DNA of 61,030 bases, the filler included, from Bacteriovoracaceae bacterium (GTDB lineage Bacteria > Bdellovibrionota > Bacteriovoracia > Bacteriovoracales > Bacteriovoracaceae), in the NCBI GenBank assembly GCA_018649885.1. It is 5 parts of 5 records of this genome, joined end to end, with 100 filler letters (N's around TTAATTAATTAA, not from the genome) between each part and the next. Parts side by side here need not be neighbours in the genome. Positions count along the whole stretch, not along the records: positions 1 to 4,211 come from JABIHA010000096.1; positions 4,312 to 13,214 come from JABIHA010000078.1; 3 more parts are not named here. One strand, 5' to 3'. Of this stretch, positions 1-9,674 are shown one piece after another. The first letter of the stretch is position 1, and each line of letters begins with the position of its first letter. The translations under genes were made by a program, and so were the position numbers. The notes beneath the pieces were generated by a model. That model worked only from the letters and a program-made list of their open reading frames with translations, searched no databases and had not been told where the DNA came from.

Positions 1-1
1 C

Positions 2-148
2 AATACTGAAAAAAATGAAGAACTAACAGTTCATGCTGCCGGCGACAAAGTGGTAGGAGTAGGTGACTTGGTTTCAATTGGGTTCTCCTCCAAAGACTGC
101 CATCTGTTCAACGGACAAGGTCAGGTTTTTGAAAAATCAGCAGCATGA
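2..148 (+). CDS. 3' end of a sugar-type ABC transporter ATP-binding protein (TOBE-like C-terminus), partial
   Basis: Frame 2 reads NTEKNEELTVHAAGDKVVGVGDLVSIGFSSKDCHLFNGQGQVFEKSAA*, like MalK/UgpC C-termini (G-D-x-V-x-I...CHLF). Confidence 0.65.
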   Translation, partial: NTEKNEELTVHAAGDKVVGVGDLVSIGFSSKDCHLFNGQGQVFEKSAA

Positions 149-156
149 CTTTTCTG

Positions 157-566
157 CTACCCCGGAAAAAATTCTGCTTCTGCGCTGACAGCAAGTTGTA
201 ATTGATGATCCAGCACACTTAGTTTTGCTAAGTTACTTCCGTAATTTTCTCCTGAGAGAGTAAAATGGTGTAAGTCGAAAACCGGACGTTTGCCGATGAA
301 ATTGAATTTTTTGAGCGTGCGTCCAGATTTTTTTTACGTCAAATAACGAAAGCCACGTTGCCAGCAAAGGCCCGTGAATCACATGTCCGGGATAGACCTC
401 AACTTGAGTTGCATAAGGCTGATCATAATGAACTCGGTGACTGTTAAATGTCAAAGCCGAGTAGCGAAAAAGCTGTAAAGAATTCGTTCGCATTTTCTCA
501 TTCCATTCTCCTTTCGTTTCCTTAACTGTTTGTGGACGTGACGTGGGGTCGGAGTCTGTGTAAACT
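157..566 (-). pseudogene. Remnant of a MaoC/FAS1-like (HTD2, mesaconyl-C4-CoA hydratase type) dehydratase
   Basis: LFRYSALTFNSHRVHYD..YA..VE.YPG.VIHGPL signature. A frameshift at an A8 run (~328-335) leads into a frame reading SGRTLKKFNFIGKRPVFDL...AEAEFFPG* that ends at 157. The N-terminal half is absent. Confidence 0.75.
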
Positions 567-756
567 ATTTTTCTTATTTCACTAAAAGATTTGAAGTACG
601 ACATAGGCAATATGTTAAACAAAGCACTTGGAGAGAGTAAAATCTAATTTTTTGGAAAATAATTTTATTTTTGTTGATAAGAACTAGATACTTATAATAA
701 TTTGGTAAAGATAAAAAAAACATAACCGTTTAATTATTTAAATAGAGGGTAGTTTC

Positions 757-2262
757 ATGATCAGAGGTAAACATTTAATAGGTGGAGAATGGTTAGGCAG
801 TGAAAGTTCATTTAAGTCTTCACCAGCAAAAGGAAAAACTCACGAATTCAACATTGGTACTCCAAAATTAATTGATAAGGCTGCGAAAAAAGCTGAAGAA
901 GCATTTTCGAGTTATGGTTACATATCAAGAAAAGAACGATCACAATTCTTAAAAAATATTTCTGAAGAAATAGATAAACGTGGTGATGAAATTACCGAAA
1001 TAGGTAGTCAAGAAACTGGACTTCCTGAAATAAGACTCGAGGGAGAAAGAGCTAGAACTGTCGGACAATTACGTCTTTTCGCAGAACATATTGAGAATGG
1101 TGATTATTTAGATAGACGTCATGATATAGCATTACCCAATAGGGTCCCACTTCCTCGGCCAGATCTTCACCTAATACAACGTCCTATTGGTCCTGTTGCT
1201 ATTTTCGGAGCTTCTAATTTTCCACTCGCTTTTTCAGTAGCTGGTGGAGATACTGCAGCTGCTCTCGCAGCAGGTTGTCCTGTTATTGTCAAAGGTCATT
1301 CTGCTCATCCTGGCACCAGTGATATTGTAGCTCAAGCAATCGACGATTCTATTAAAGCATGTGGTATTCATCCTGGTACAGTTTCTGTAGTTCAAGGTGG
1401 GTCTCGTGAAGTTGGTCAAGCACTTGTTCAGCATCCATTAATTAAAGCTGTTGGTTTTACCGGTTCCCTTACTGGGGGTAAGGCTCTATTTGATCTCTGT
1501 TCTGCCAGAGAAGAGCCAATTCCATTTTTTGGTGAATTGGGATCTGTAAATCCAATGTTTCTATTACCCAAAGCAATTACTAATCGAGGCTCAGACATAG
1601 CATCTGGATGGGTAAGTTCATTGACTATGGGAGCTGGACAGTTTTGTACTAATCCTGGCATTGCCATAGTCATTGATGGTACTGATGCAGAAAAGTTTAT
1701 AAAAGAAACGGCTTCTTTACTATCCAAGTTAGAATCACAAATAATGTTGACGGATGGTATTTCAAAAGCTTATCGAGATGGATGCGAGCGCATGTCATCT
1801 TTTAATGCCGTCGGCCAATTGAATAATGAAAGTGAAATAAACCGAGCGGCATTACCACAGCTTTTCGTTACAACAGGTGAAACTTGGCTTACTAATTTTG
1901 AGTTATCAGAAGAAGTTTTTGGACCATCTGGTCTTGTTGTAAAAACGAAAGATTTAAATGAAATGATAGAGATTGCAAAAAAACTGACGGGACAATTGAC
2001 TTGCACCTTACATATGGATAAAGATGATCAAAATGAGGCAAAAATATTATTACCAATTCTCGAAAGAAAAGCCGGACGTATTCTAGCCAATGGCTTTCCT
2101 ACAGGTGTAGAAGTTTGTGACAGTATGGTTCATGGAGGCCCCTTCCCTGCTTCGACCAATTTTGGAGCAACCTCTGTAGGGACAATGTCTATTAGAAGAT
2201 TCCTACGACCTGTTTGTTTTCAAAATATGCCAAAATATATGCTGCCCTCTGATGTAAAGTAA
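757..2262 (+). CDS. NADP-dependent aldehyde dehydrogenase (alpha-ketoglutarate semialdehyde dehydrogenase-like)
   Basis: 501 aa; FGASNFPLAFS, GFTGS, GELGSVNP, GAGQFCTNPG, EEVFGP and HGGPFPA motifs; GAGGG RBS. Confidence 0.92.
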   Translation: MIRGKHLIGGEWLGSESSFKSSPAKGKTHEFNIGTPKLIDKAAKKAEEAFSSYGYISRKERSQFLKNISEEIDKRGDEITEIGSQETGLPEIRLEGERARTVGQLRLFAEHIENGDYLDRRHDIALPNRVPLPRPDLHLIQRPIGPVAIFGASNFPLAFSVAGGDTAAALAAGCPVIVKGHSAHPGTSDIVAQAIDDSIKACGIHPGTVSVVQGGSREVGQALVQHPLIKAVGFTGSLTGGKALFDLCSAREEPIPFFGELGSVNPMFLLPKAITNRGSDIASGWVSSLTMGAGQFCTNPGIAIVIDGTDAEKFIKETASLLSKLESQIMLTDGISKAYRDGCERMSSFNAVGQLNNESEINRAALPQLFVTTGETWLTNFELSEEVFGPSGLVVKTKDLNEMIEIAKKLTGQLTCTLHMDKDDQNEAKILLPILERKAGRILANGFPTGVEVCDSMVHGGPFPASTNFGATSVGTMSIRRFLRPVCFQNMPKYMLPSDVK

Positions 2263-2425
2263 TATAGACTTTAGTTTTCAATGGTACTTGGAGTTTATTA
2301 ATATAACTTTGGAGGATGATAGGAAGAAGATTGGAAATAAGGTTTATAGGGAAATATCAAAGATACTTAAATCTAATCCTGGTACATTTTTTAAAACGCA
2401 ATAGAATAACTAATCTAGGAATTTA

Positions 2426-3216
2426 ATGGTTTGTAAAAATAAGAGACTTTCTAAATCTGAAGTTCAACAATACCACGAAGAGGGTTGAATTGGACCTTTC
2501 AAATTAATTTCCCCTACGGAAATGGCAAACATATCACATGTTATTCAAAAACAAATCATTGAACCTGTAAACAACAAAATTTGGAAGAAAATGATTATTT
2601 ACACAACCGTCATTTAGACAACCAAGAAATATGGGAATTATTTAGTAATCCAGAACTTGTTGAAAGAGTGGCCAGTATCCTAGGCCCTCATTTGGTTTTG
2701 TGGCGATCAAATTTTCAATTAAAACCTCCATTAAGTGATCAAAAAGAATGGAACTATGGCTGGGACACATCTGTTCCATGGCATCAAGATTGTGCATATT
2801 TTCAGCCTTCTCCTAATGTCATATTGTCTGTATGGATAGCAGTAGATGAAGTGAACAAAGATAATGGATGTATGCGGGTTATCCCCGGAAGTCACAAAAA
2901 GCTTTATCCCCATGTACCCAATCCAAAATATATTCCAGGTTCAGATTTCTTTGATAAAGCTGTGGATCCATTAATAATCGATGAAAAAAAGGCTATAGAT
3001 ATAGAATTGTATCCAGGTGAATTTTTTTTGTTTAGTGAAAGTATACTTCATTCCTCAGCACCTAATCTTTCAGAAAGACGAAGATTTGGGCTCACACCAA
3101 GAATAACTGTTCCATTTGTAGATATTGGCGATCGTGATAATTTAAAAGTTCTTATGCTTAAGGGTGAAGATTATATGGGATACTATAATGTAATTAATCC
3201 TCCAAATAATTTTTAA
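2426..3216 (+). pseudogene. Phytanoyl-CoA dioxygenase (PhyH) family Fe/2OG dioxygenase, disrupted
   Basis: ATG 2426 gives MVCKNKRLSKSEVQQYHEEG*IGPF with in-frame TGA 2486-2488 at a likely Trp. A frameshift near 2570 leads into ORF 2581-3216, which has WHQD, NGCMRVIPGSH and H.S.PN.S..RR motifs. Confidence 0.8.
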
Positions 3217-3379
3217 TAAAAATGATAATTTTTTGAAAATAACTAATATGTGATGGTCTTGTAAAAAGAGTATTAACTTAACTTACTAATATTTTGCAAT
3301 ATAATGAATATTTTTCTTGTCTATTTCAGCATAATATCATAATACTCCTGTATTATCAATCAGATAAAAAGGATTAATT

Positions 3380-4211
3380 ACGTTTCACGTAAAAGACAAC
3401 AAACAGCGCTACATTTTCGGTCCATTCGAATATTTAGGCCCAAAACGCCACTCATAACTTAAAAATTCATGGGCGGAAATATTTCGCAGTGTGATACTTC
3501 CAGCATTGCCTGTTGAGTCTCTTCGCAAATATTACCACGACAAGAATTGTCGTCCGAGCAAGGAAATGTATTCGATGCTTGGCTTGATGGTCCTTCAGCA
3601 AATGCATGACCTGACTGACGAAAAAGCAGTAGGCGATTTTATGTTCGACACCAGGCGGCGCTATGCCCTGGATGTACCCGGCGATTCCGACCGTGAAGCT
3701 TATGTGAGCCTCAAGAGCTTATGGTCAATACGCAAACATCTGACTGAAGATGGTCAGTATGTCGAGATATTTGAGCAAGTCACTAAAAAACTAGCCGAGG
3801 TGTTCAAAGTTGATTTTGACAAACAACGTTTGGACTCAGTCCATATCCAATCAAATATGCGTCATCTTGGGCGAATCGCTTTATTTAGCAGAACTATCAA
3901 GAAGTTTCTGCTGAATCTCAAAAGGCAGCACCGTACTCATTATGATCAATTAGAATGAGCTCGCTTCAAGAGCTATGTCAACAAAAATGAAGAAATATTG
4001 TTTTCCGCGGTAAAGCCTTCCGAAACCGTTAAAACGCTCAGCCTGTTGGCAGAAGACACCCATTTTCTTTTGCGGCAGTTCTCTTCAAATGAGAAAGTAA
4101 AATGCATGAGTAGTTTCCAGTTGTTTTCCAGATTATTCAAAGATCAATGTACTTCTGTAGATGATTTAGAAAACAAAGGTAAAAAAATTATAACCGCCAA
4201 ACCAAACCATG
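3380..4211 (+). pseudogene. Decayed DDE transposase (IS5/IS1182-like N-terminal domain), truncated by contig end
   Basis: One frame with ACG in place of ATG and in-frame stops near 3455 and 3956; (G)RPSKE..SMLG..VLQQMHDLTD and QRLDSVHIQSNM motifs. Confidence 0.8.
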
Positions 4212-4311
4212 NNNNNNNNNNNNNNNNNNNNNNNNNNNNNNNNNNNNNNNNNNNNTTAATTAATTAANNNNNNNNNNNNNNNNNNNNNNNNNNNNNNNNN
4301 NNNNNNNNNNN
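4212..4311. other. Artificial contig spacer
   Basis: N-run + TTAATTAATTAA (stops in all six frames) + N-run. Confidence 0.98.
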
Positions 4312-4545
4312 AACTCCACCCAAGATCCCTTTTTTGGGCTTGTCTGAACCATTACTATCTTCCTTTGGCTTCTTTTTGAAAACTCCACCCAAGATCCCTT
4401 TTTTGGGCTTGTCTGAACCATTACTATCTTCCTTTGGCTTCTTTTTGAAAATTCCACCCAGGAACTCTTTTTTGGATTTGTCTGATCCATCACCGTCTTT
4501 CTTTGACTTCTTTTTGAATATTCCACCCAAGAATCCTTTTTTAGC
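4312..4545. repeat. 69-bp coding tandem repeat, at least 3 copies, running into the contig end
   Basis: aactccacccaagatcccttttttgggc at 4312 and 4381; diverged copies near 4450 and 4519. Confidence 0.9.
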
Positions 4546-5280
4546 CTTAGCTGGTCCCTCATCTTGAGCCTCTTCATCAACTTTGGGCTTCTTTTTGAAG
4601 AGTCTAGATAATCTTGAACCTCCACGCTCTTTACGTGCCGCTTTTTTAAGCTCCCTGGCTTCTTTACGTGTTAGGTCTCCGCTTCTTACTTTCGATTCTA
4701 TTTCTTGCCGAGCGCTTTCCCGGGCTTCTCTTTTTTCAAGTCGTGATTTTGCCTTCATTGCTCTATCGAGATCACGCTTTCTTTTTTTCTCAAGCCTTAG
4801 TTTCTTTCTCTTAGCTTTTGGGTCGTTACTATCCAATTGATCTATGCGACTACTTTTGCGGATTGACTTCATATCTTTTCGTGCAAGTTTTTTAATAGTT
4901 CTTTTTCTAACCCGTCCTTCTCTTTTTGATATCTCCCCTCTTGATACCATCCCGTCTATTTCATCTTCTTTTGCCCAACGAGTTCTCAAACGGCTACCTT
5001 TAGTAAAGGCATTATCTTCTCTCGCTTTTCTTCTTTTTTCTGCAGCAGATGTTTTCGTTTTTTTAGTTTGGATTCTTCCAATTCTTCTGAGCTGTCTCTC
5101 AGCCTTTTTTTGGCGATCTGCTCTGAGTGTGCCTCTTCCAACAGCTTCGCGAGCTTGCCTAGCAGCCTTTCTCCGATAGTTTTTTCTAGTTAGAGGCTCG
5201 CTTCCATCTTCCTCTGCGTGAGCTTGAATGGAGACGAAAATTAGTAGAACTAACAAGTGGTATGTGTATGAAGATTTCAT
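4312..5280 (-). CDS. Secreted Lys/Arg-rich protein with C-terminal 23-aa repeats, 3' truncated by contig end
   Basis: Signal peptide MKSSYTYHLLVLLIFVSIQAHA; GAAGGG RBS; repeats of KKGILGGVFKKKPKEDSNGSDKP. Confidence 0.8.
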
Positions 5281-5528
5281 TAATCCCTTCCTACTGTAAT
5301 TGGCCCTGTCTTAGGACGATTATATGGAAAGCCTGCTTGTTCTCCAAAGCAATCTCTAAAGTGTCGAATTTATAAAGGAATGAAAGGAACTCTTTTTGAT
5401 GGTCAAGTCCAATTTGCCAACAATAAAAGCTATTAGCGCTACTTATGAACATTGATTATGTTTAATCATTTTACCTTCTAAGCATTAGGAGGCAGAAAGG
5501 CCTCAGGATCATTCATAAAGGAGAAACC

Positions 5529-5954
5529 ATGATGAAATTACTAGTTATCTTACTTTCAGCTACTTTTATTAACCATGCTAATGCTTGCCTATCGCCAATT
5601 GAAAAATCTTCAGTTTATGAACTCAAAACTGTTCAGTCCGAAGTTTTAGAAGTTCAAACGGGAGATCTAATTAAACTTCCATTTTCCTCAGCAATGTCAC
5701 CTTCATTTTTTGAATCTTTTTTGAAAAAAAGTTATGACAAAGCAGTTCTTAGCTACCTTTTCAAAACTAATTTACCTCAGGAATTGGGCGGGAAATTCCC
5801 TATGGGAGTTTTGAGAAAAACTCTTTATTTTAAAGTTATAGGAGCCGGATCAACAGATCTTAAAGTTGATATGGTCAGCTCAAGCGGAAAAGTTATTCAA
5901 TCAAAATCACTAAAATTAAAAGCCACACAAAAACCAGTTTACCGTTGTATGTAA
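5529..5954 (+). CDS. Secreted hypothetical protein (weak resemblance to a chagasin/Ig-like fold)
   Basis: AGGAG RBS, signal peptide ending ANA, YFKVIGAGSTDLKV strand. Confidence 0.7.
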   Translation: MMKLLVILLSATFINHANACLSPIEKSSVYELKTVQSEVLEVQTGDLIKLPFSSAMSPSFFESFLKKSYDKAVLSYLFKTNLPQELGGKFPMGVLRKTLYFKVIGAGSTDLKVDMVSSSGKVIQSKSLKLKATQKPVYRCM

Positions 5955-5962
5955 TATTCCTG

Positions 5963-5984
5963 GGCCCTCATTTGAGGGCCTTTC
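5963..5984. terminator. Hairpin between convergent genes
   Basis: ggccctca-tt-tgagggcc followed by T-rich sequence. Confidence 0.7.
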
Positions 5985-6794
5985 TTATTTTAGCTTAGAC
6001 ATTGTATAGATGGGAGCATAGGGAATTGTCACTTCACCTACCTCACCATTTTGATATTTAAAGTGGGAGCGAATGATCACATCGTGTTGTCCCATCAATT
6101 CTTTTAACTCATCCTTTGTAAAATCCTGTAATGGCAGAAAGCATATATCCGGAAGAAATTTTTTCCAGGACTCTTTATAGGATTCAATAAAACTCTCATT
6201 CAAATTGTACCCAAATGCAAAGCATGACTCATTTAAAATAGAATAAACATCCAGCTGATGGTCAGCCTGTTCAAGAAATTCAGAAAATTTCATCAAATCA
6301 GTTCTTATTAAATCAATGTCAGCGCTAATGGCAATATGATCTTCATAAATTGTTTTTAAAATAGGAATATTGTAGGCAGTCCTGTGAAACTTAGGCTCAC
6401 CTCCCAGTGTTTTTAATTTTTTATCAATGCAGGCTTCCATTTGTAATAGTTCAAAAAAAGAGTGCTGATTTTTATTTAACTGATCTAGATAATGCTTAAG
6501 CTTGGGGATCGTTTCTGACTTAATTTCTGCAACTTCTTTTTCCCTATGAAGTACTCCTGCAAGAACTTCCTTTTGTAGGACAAGATCCCCCTCGCTCACT
6601 TCTTTAATCTCTTTTAATTGAAATCCAAGCTCTTGCAATTCCTTTACTCTCTTGGCAACTCCAATTTGCTCTTCACTGTAATAGCGGTAATTATTTTCTG
6701 CTCTACTAGGCACTAGCAATCCTATCTCCTCAAGATAGCGGAGCATGCGAATGGAAATATCAGTTTGCTTAGAAAAATCTTTTATCAAAATCAT
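5985..6794 (-). CDS. MerR family transcriptional regulator
   Basis: MILIKDFSKQTDISIRMLRYLEEIGLL.P.R.ENNYRYY...LQELGFQLKEIK; start moved to ATG 6794. Confidence 0.9.
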   Translation of the reverse strand: MILIKDFSKQTDISIRMLRYLEEIGLLVPSRAENNYRYYSEEQIGVAKRVKELQELGFQLKEIKEVSEGDLVLQKEVLAGVLHREKEVAEIKSETIPKLKHYLDQLNKNQHSFFELLQMEACIDKKLKTLGGEPKFHRTAYNIPILKTIYEDHIAISADIDLIRTDLMKFSEFLEQADHQLDVYSILNESCFAFGYNLNESFIESYKESWKKFLPDICFLPLQDFTKDELKELMGQHDVIIRSHFKYQNGEVGEVTIPYAPIYTMSKLK

Positions 6795-6831
6795 AGTCCA
6801 CCCATTGTATGAGATTATCCTTACAACAACA

Positions 6832-6862
6832 ATTGTCGGGGCTAACATAGTGTGAGGGTAAA
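6832..6862 (-). promoter_or_regulatory. MerR-type promoter/operator
   Basis: TTTACC-19 bp-GACAAT with an imperfect dyad CTCACA-CTA-TGTTAG in the spacer; a 19-bp spacer is the hallmark of MerR-activated promoters. Confidence 0.55.
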
Positions 6863-6937
6863 GCCTAAAAAGACCAAAAAATGAAAATTTCATCTATCTA
6901 CTTGTTTTTTTTAAGGAAAAAATAGTGAAAACCGTAT

Positions 6938-7729
6938 CTAACTTTCATCTACCACTGATACCCCTTTGGCTAAATTGTGTGCAGAACATAAAATTTGTAG
7001 ATTAGGGTAGTGACTTTCACCGCCTCTATAAATGGGTATTATGTGATCAAATTGTAAGTTAGATCGCGCTCTACAGCGAACACCGACAGCTGTTTTGTAC
7101 TCACATCTGTGACCAGACCGGTCTAGTAGTTTTCGTTTTACAGAAAGTGGAATATATCTTTCTTTGCCTCGGAGTTTTCCGGCCCGTTTTGGATTTATTT
7201 CACCGAGCTCTTTTTCAAGTAGGTATTTTAGAGTTTCATAATCTGAGGCACCATCAAGGTTTTTTTGCACTTTTTCGAAAAGCTGACACAAATTTGCCCC
7301 CAATCTTAGGGTCTTTGTTTTTGCAGGTGAAGTCTCATTTTGAATAATTCTTTGGGTCTCTCGCTTACTTTTACCTGTTGAGAGATCAGCTATTCTTTCT
7401 TTTATCTCAGTAGATTCATTCTTAAAGTTTGAGTGGATGAGAGCAGCTTGAGTTAGGGTGATCTCTTTTTTGTCCATTTTTATTTCAATTTTTTTCGATG
7501 ATCTCATAAGTCTTGCAGCATTGACCCTTGTTGCCGTTTCTCCATCTGTGTATCCTAGGTGATCTCTCACAAATTCATAAAGGGACGAATATCCAAGTTC
7601 AGCATAAAGTCTGCGAGTATCAATTTGCACAAGGCATTTCAGCAGCTTTAGAGTGTACTCTTTTTCTTTTTTTGAAAGTTCAATTGTTTTACTTATTATA
7701 TTTATGATGACCTCCCAGTTCACAAGCAT
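6938..7729 (-). CDS. HNH endonuclease with a DUF222-like helical N-terminal region
   Basis: RRLYAELGYSSLYEF...LGY...AARL N-terminus; RYIP..VKR....R.GHRCEY...LQFDHIIP...GG....NLQILCSAHN C-terminus; start uncertain. Confidence 0.88.
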   Translation of the reverse strand: MLVNWEVIINIISKTIELSKKEKEYTLKLLKCLVQIDTRRLYAELGYSSLYEFVRDHLGYTDGETATRVNAARLMRSSKKIEIKMDKKEITLTQAALIHSNFKNESTEIKERIADLSTGKSKRETQRIIQNETSPAKTKTLRLGANLCQLFEKVQKNLDGASDYETLKYLLEKELGEINPKRAGKLRGKERYIPLSVKRKLLDRSGHRCEYKTAVGVRCRARSNLQFDHIIPIYRGGESHYPNLQILCSAHNLAKGVSVVDES

Positions 7730-7996
7730 TGTTATATCATGGAAAAATGCGGAGAATTCCTCACTTGAGAAACTTCTCTGAGAGCTTGCAAAAAAATAGA
7801 TACGACCGATATTATATGAAAATTAAAAAGAGCCCTGGTGAAGTTCTTGATGACTTAAATGCGGTATCAAAGAACATATTCAGAAAAGTTATTTAAATAA
7901 AAAATGCAATTTATCGACTCTTAATCTAAAATCTACTTACATTGGAAAAAAACTCATGGGTGAAAGAGAGTGTTCAAATATAGGAGTGTATTTCAA

Positions 7997-8545
7997 ATGG
8001 TCTCAAAAGTTATTATTCTGAGTGGCACCTCAAGCGCAGGTAAAACTTCAATCGCTGAGAAGCTCCAACAAAAACTTTGTGAAGATTACCTGGTAATTTT
8101 TTGGGACCGATTTGCTGACCTTGCCCTCACAATGTTTTCAGAAGATATGAAAGACCATGAAGACAAATTTAAAGTGGTAATGAGAAAACTTAGTACAGTT
8201 TTTCCAGAGCTTATTTCGCTGATACAAAATAAAGAGATTAACTTGATTGTCGATACTGTTATCCATGAACCAATTTTACAATACTTTATTGAAAACTTTA
8301 AAAATACCAAGACCTATTTTATCGGTGTTAATTGTCAGTTAGAAGAATTAAAGCGGAGAGAAAATGACCGTGAAGACAGACCCAATGGAATTGCTGAGTC
8401 ACAATTTGATAAAATCCATGCACACGGAATTTACGATTTAACTGTCGACTCTACCTCAACCAGTGCAGAGCAAATGGCCAGCCAAATTGCTGAGTTTATC
8501 CATTTGGATTTAACCCCTTCTGCATTCTCTAAACTCAGTAAATAG
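7997..8545 (+). CDS. Chloramphenicol phosphotransferase (CPT)-like P-loop kinase
   Basis: VIILSGTSSAGKTSIA..LQ, GVNC.LEEL.RRE..R.DR..G.A..Q...IH....YDL.VDST; AGGAG RBS. Confidence 0.88.
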   Translation: MVSKVIILSGTSSAGKTSIAEKLQQKLCEDYLVIFWDRFADLALTMFSEDMKDHEDKFKVVMRKLSTVFPELISLIQNKEINLIVDTVIHEPILQYFIENFKNTKTYFIGVNCQLEELKRRENDREDRPNGIAESQFDKIHAHGIYDLTVDSTSTSAEQMASQIAEFIHLDLTPSAFSKLSK

Positions 8546-8818
8546 TAAAAATTTTTGTTTTGTTGAGCTGTTTTAGAGATATGGCTTGGGTGGAATTGCT
8601 CAGGAGGGTGATTTCTGGCTAGATAATTTCTTTGCAAGAGATTTTACGCAACTGAAGAGCTTATAGAGGCTTGAGATTCCATGCTATTTTAGAGAGTTAG
8701 AGCATTAATGATTGCACATTGTTAACTATCTTAGAATATTTTCAAAATCTGAGGGTTTCCCCCGCCTAACTCATTATTTGGTATAAGGCCCATAAGAGAA
8801 TTTCCTAGCTCGGAGGCA

Positions 8819-9247
8819 ATGTTGAAAAATTTATTTTGGATATTAATTACCATGACATTGTCATTCCAGATTCTTGCAGATGATAGAGTCAGTATTGCTC
8901 AAGGAGAGGAACTAGAAGTAGTGCTGCAGAAGTTATCATTGTTACCCCAAGGGCAAGCTTCAAAATTTGCAGTTACCTCCAATAAAGAATTAGTCATAAG
9001 CACTACTGGTGAGAAAAAAACTAAGCACGATGATCTTGCAGGTGGCGATGATGCACTAACTGGTGGCTATATTTCAGTAGTTATCGAGGAAAATGAATTT
9101 AAAAAAATTACACTTGATAATTTTAGTGGGCGACTGTGTCCAACCTATGAAAGCCTTCAAAACGCTTTTGAGATTCTTTCAAGCTACCTTGGTAGAGAAA
9201 CAGAGATTGTATTAAAGAATCATCCCAATATTGAAAAATGTGATTAA
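8819..9247 (+). CDS. Secreted hypothetical protein
   Basis: GGAGG RBS, signal peptide, KHDDLAGG...GGYI...LDNFSGRLCP. Confidence 0.75.
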   Translation: MLKNLFWILITMTLSFQILADDRVSIAQGEELEVVLQKLSLLPQGQASKFAVTSNKELVISTTGEKKTKHDDLAGGDDALTGGYISVVIEENEFKKITLDNFSGRLCPTYESLQNAFEILSSYLGRETEIVLKNHPNIEKCD

Positions 9248-9359
9248 TCTTTTAATGCTGAGAGTTTTGTGAAGTAGGACGACCCCGAGTCGTCCGAGCA
9301 TCAAGCACTAAAATGCATTACTACTTTTGAAATGACCTATTCGAATTCCCAACTCGAGC

Positions 9360-9390
9360 AAAAAAAAACTCCGCATTCGCGAAGCTTTTC
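9360..9390 (-). terminator. Rho-independent terminator downstream of the tRNA 3' fragment
   Basis: Minus strand AAAAGCTTCGC-GAAT-GCGGAGTTTT followed by a T-run. Confidence 0.7.
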
Positions 9391-9403
9391 TTAAACTTGT
9401 ATT

Positions 9404-9419
9404 TGGTACTCCCAAGGGG
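9404..9419 (-). mobile_element. tRNA 3'-end fragment, probable att site of an integrated element
   Basis: Minus strand CCCCTTGGGAGTACCA ends in CCA and is followed by a terminator; no TTCGA T-loop or rest of a tRNA upstream. Confidence 0.6.
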
Positions 9420-9674
9420 GTCCTACTTTGCTCTAATTAGTTCTTTTAATATCAACAACGTTTGAACAATTCTAACAATTTAACCCTTTTTGGTCTTCAT
9501 GGTGTCTCACGTTATTTCATCATTTTTCATGTCTGAATGGGAATAGGTTTATAAATTAGAGCTTTCGTCTAAAAATAATTAGGGTCTTGGGACATAATGC
9601 GTCCCATGCTAGGTTGTTTTATACGGCTTAATATTGGAAACTGATAATAATAAATAAAAGTTGAGGAACTTAAA

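Noticed and set aside
2486..3958. In-frame TGA codons suggesting genetic code 4/25 or selenocysteine
   Set aside because: The same genes also have TAA stops and frameshifts, and TGA ends the gene at 148 normally; decay explains them better
4256..4267. Recurring TTAATTAATTAA palindrome
   Set aside because: Synthetic six-frame stop linker, present in all four gaps
4334..5179. Hydrophobic + strand ORFs (F/L/S-rich)
   Set aside because: Antisense shadows of the K/R-rich gene
7997..8545. Chloramphenicol resistance gene
   Set aside because: CPT-like kinases are widespread, and substrate cannot be inferred from the fold
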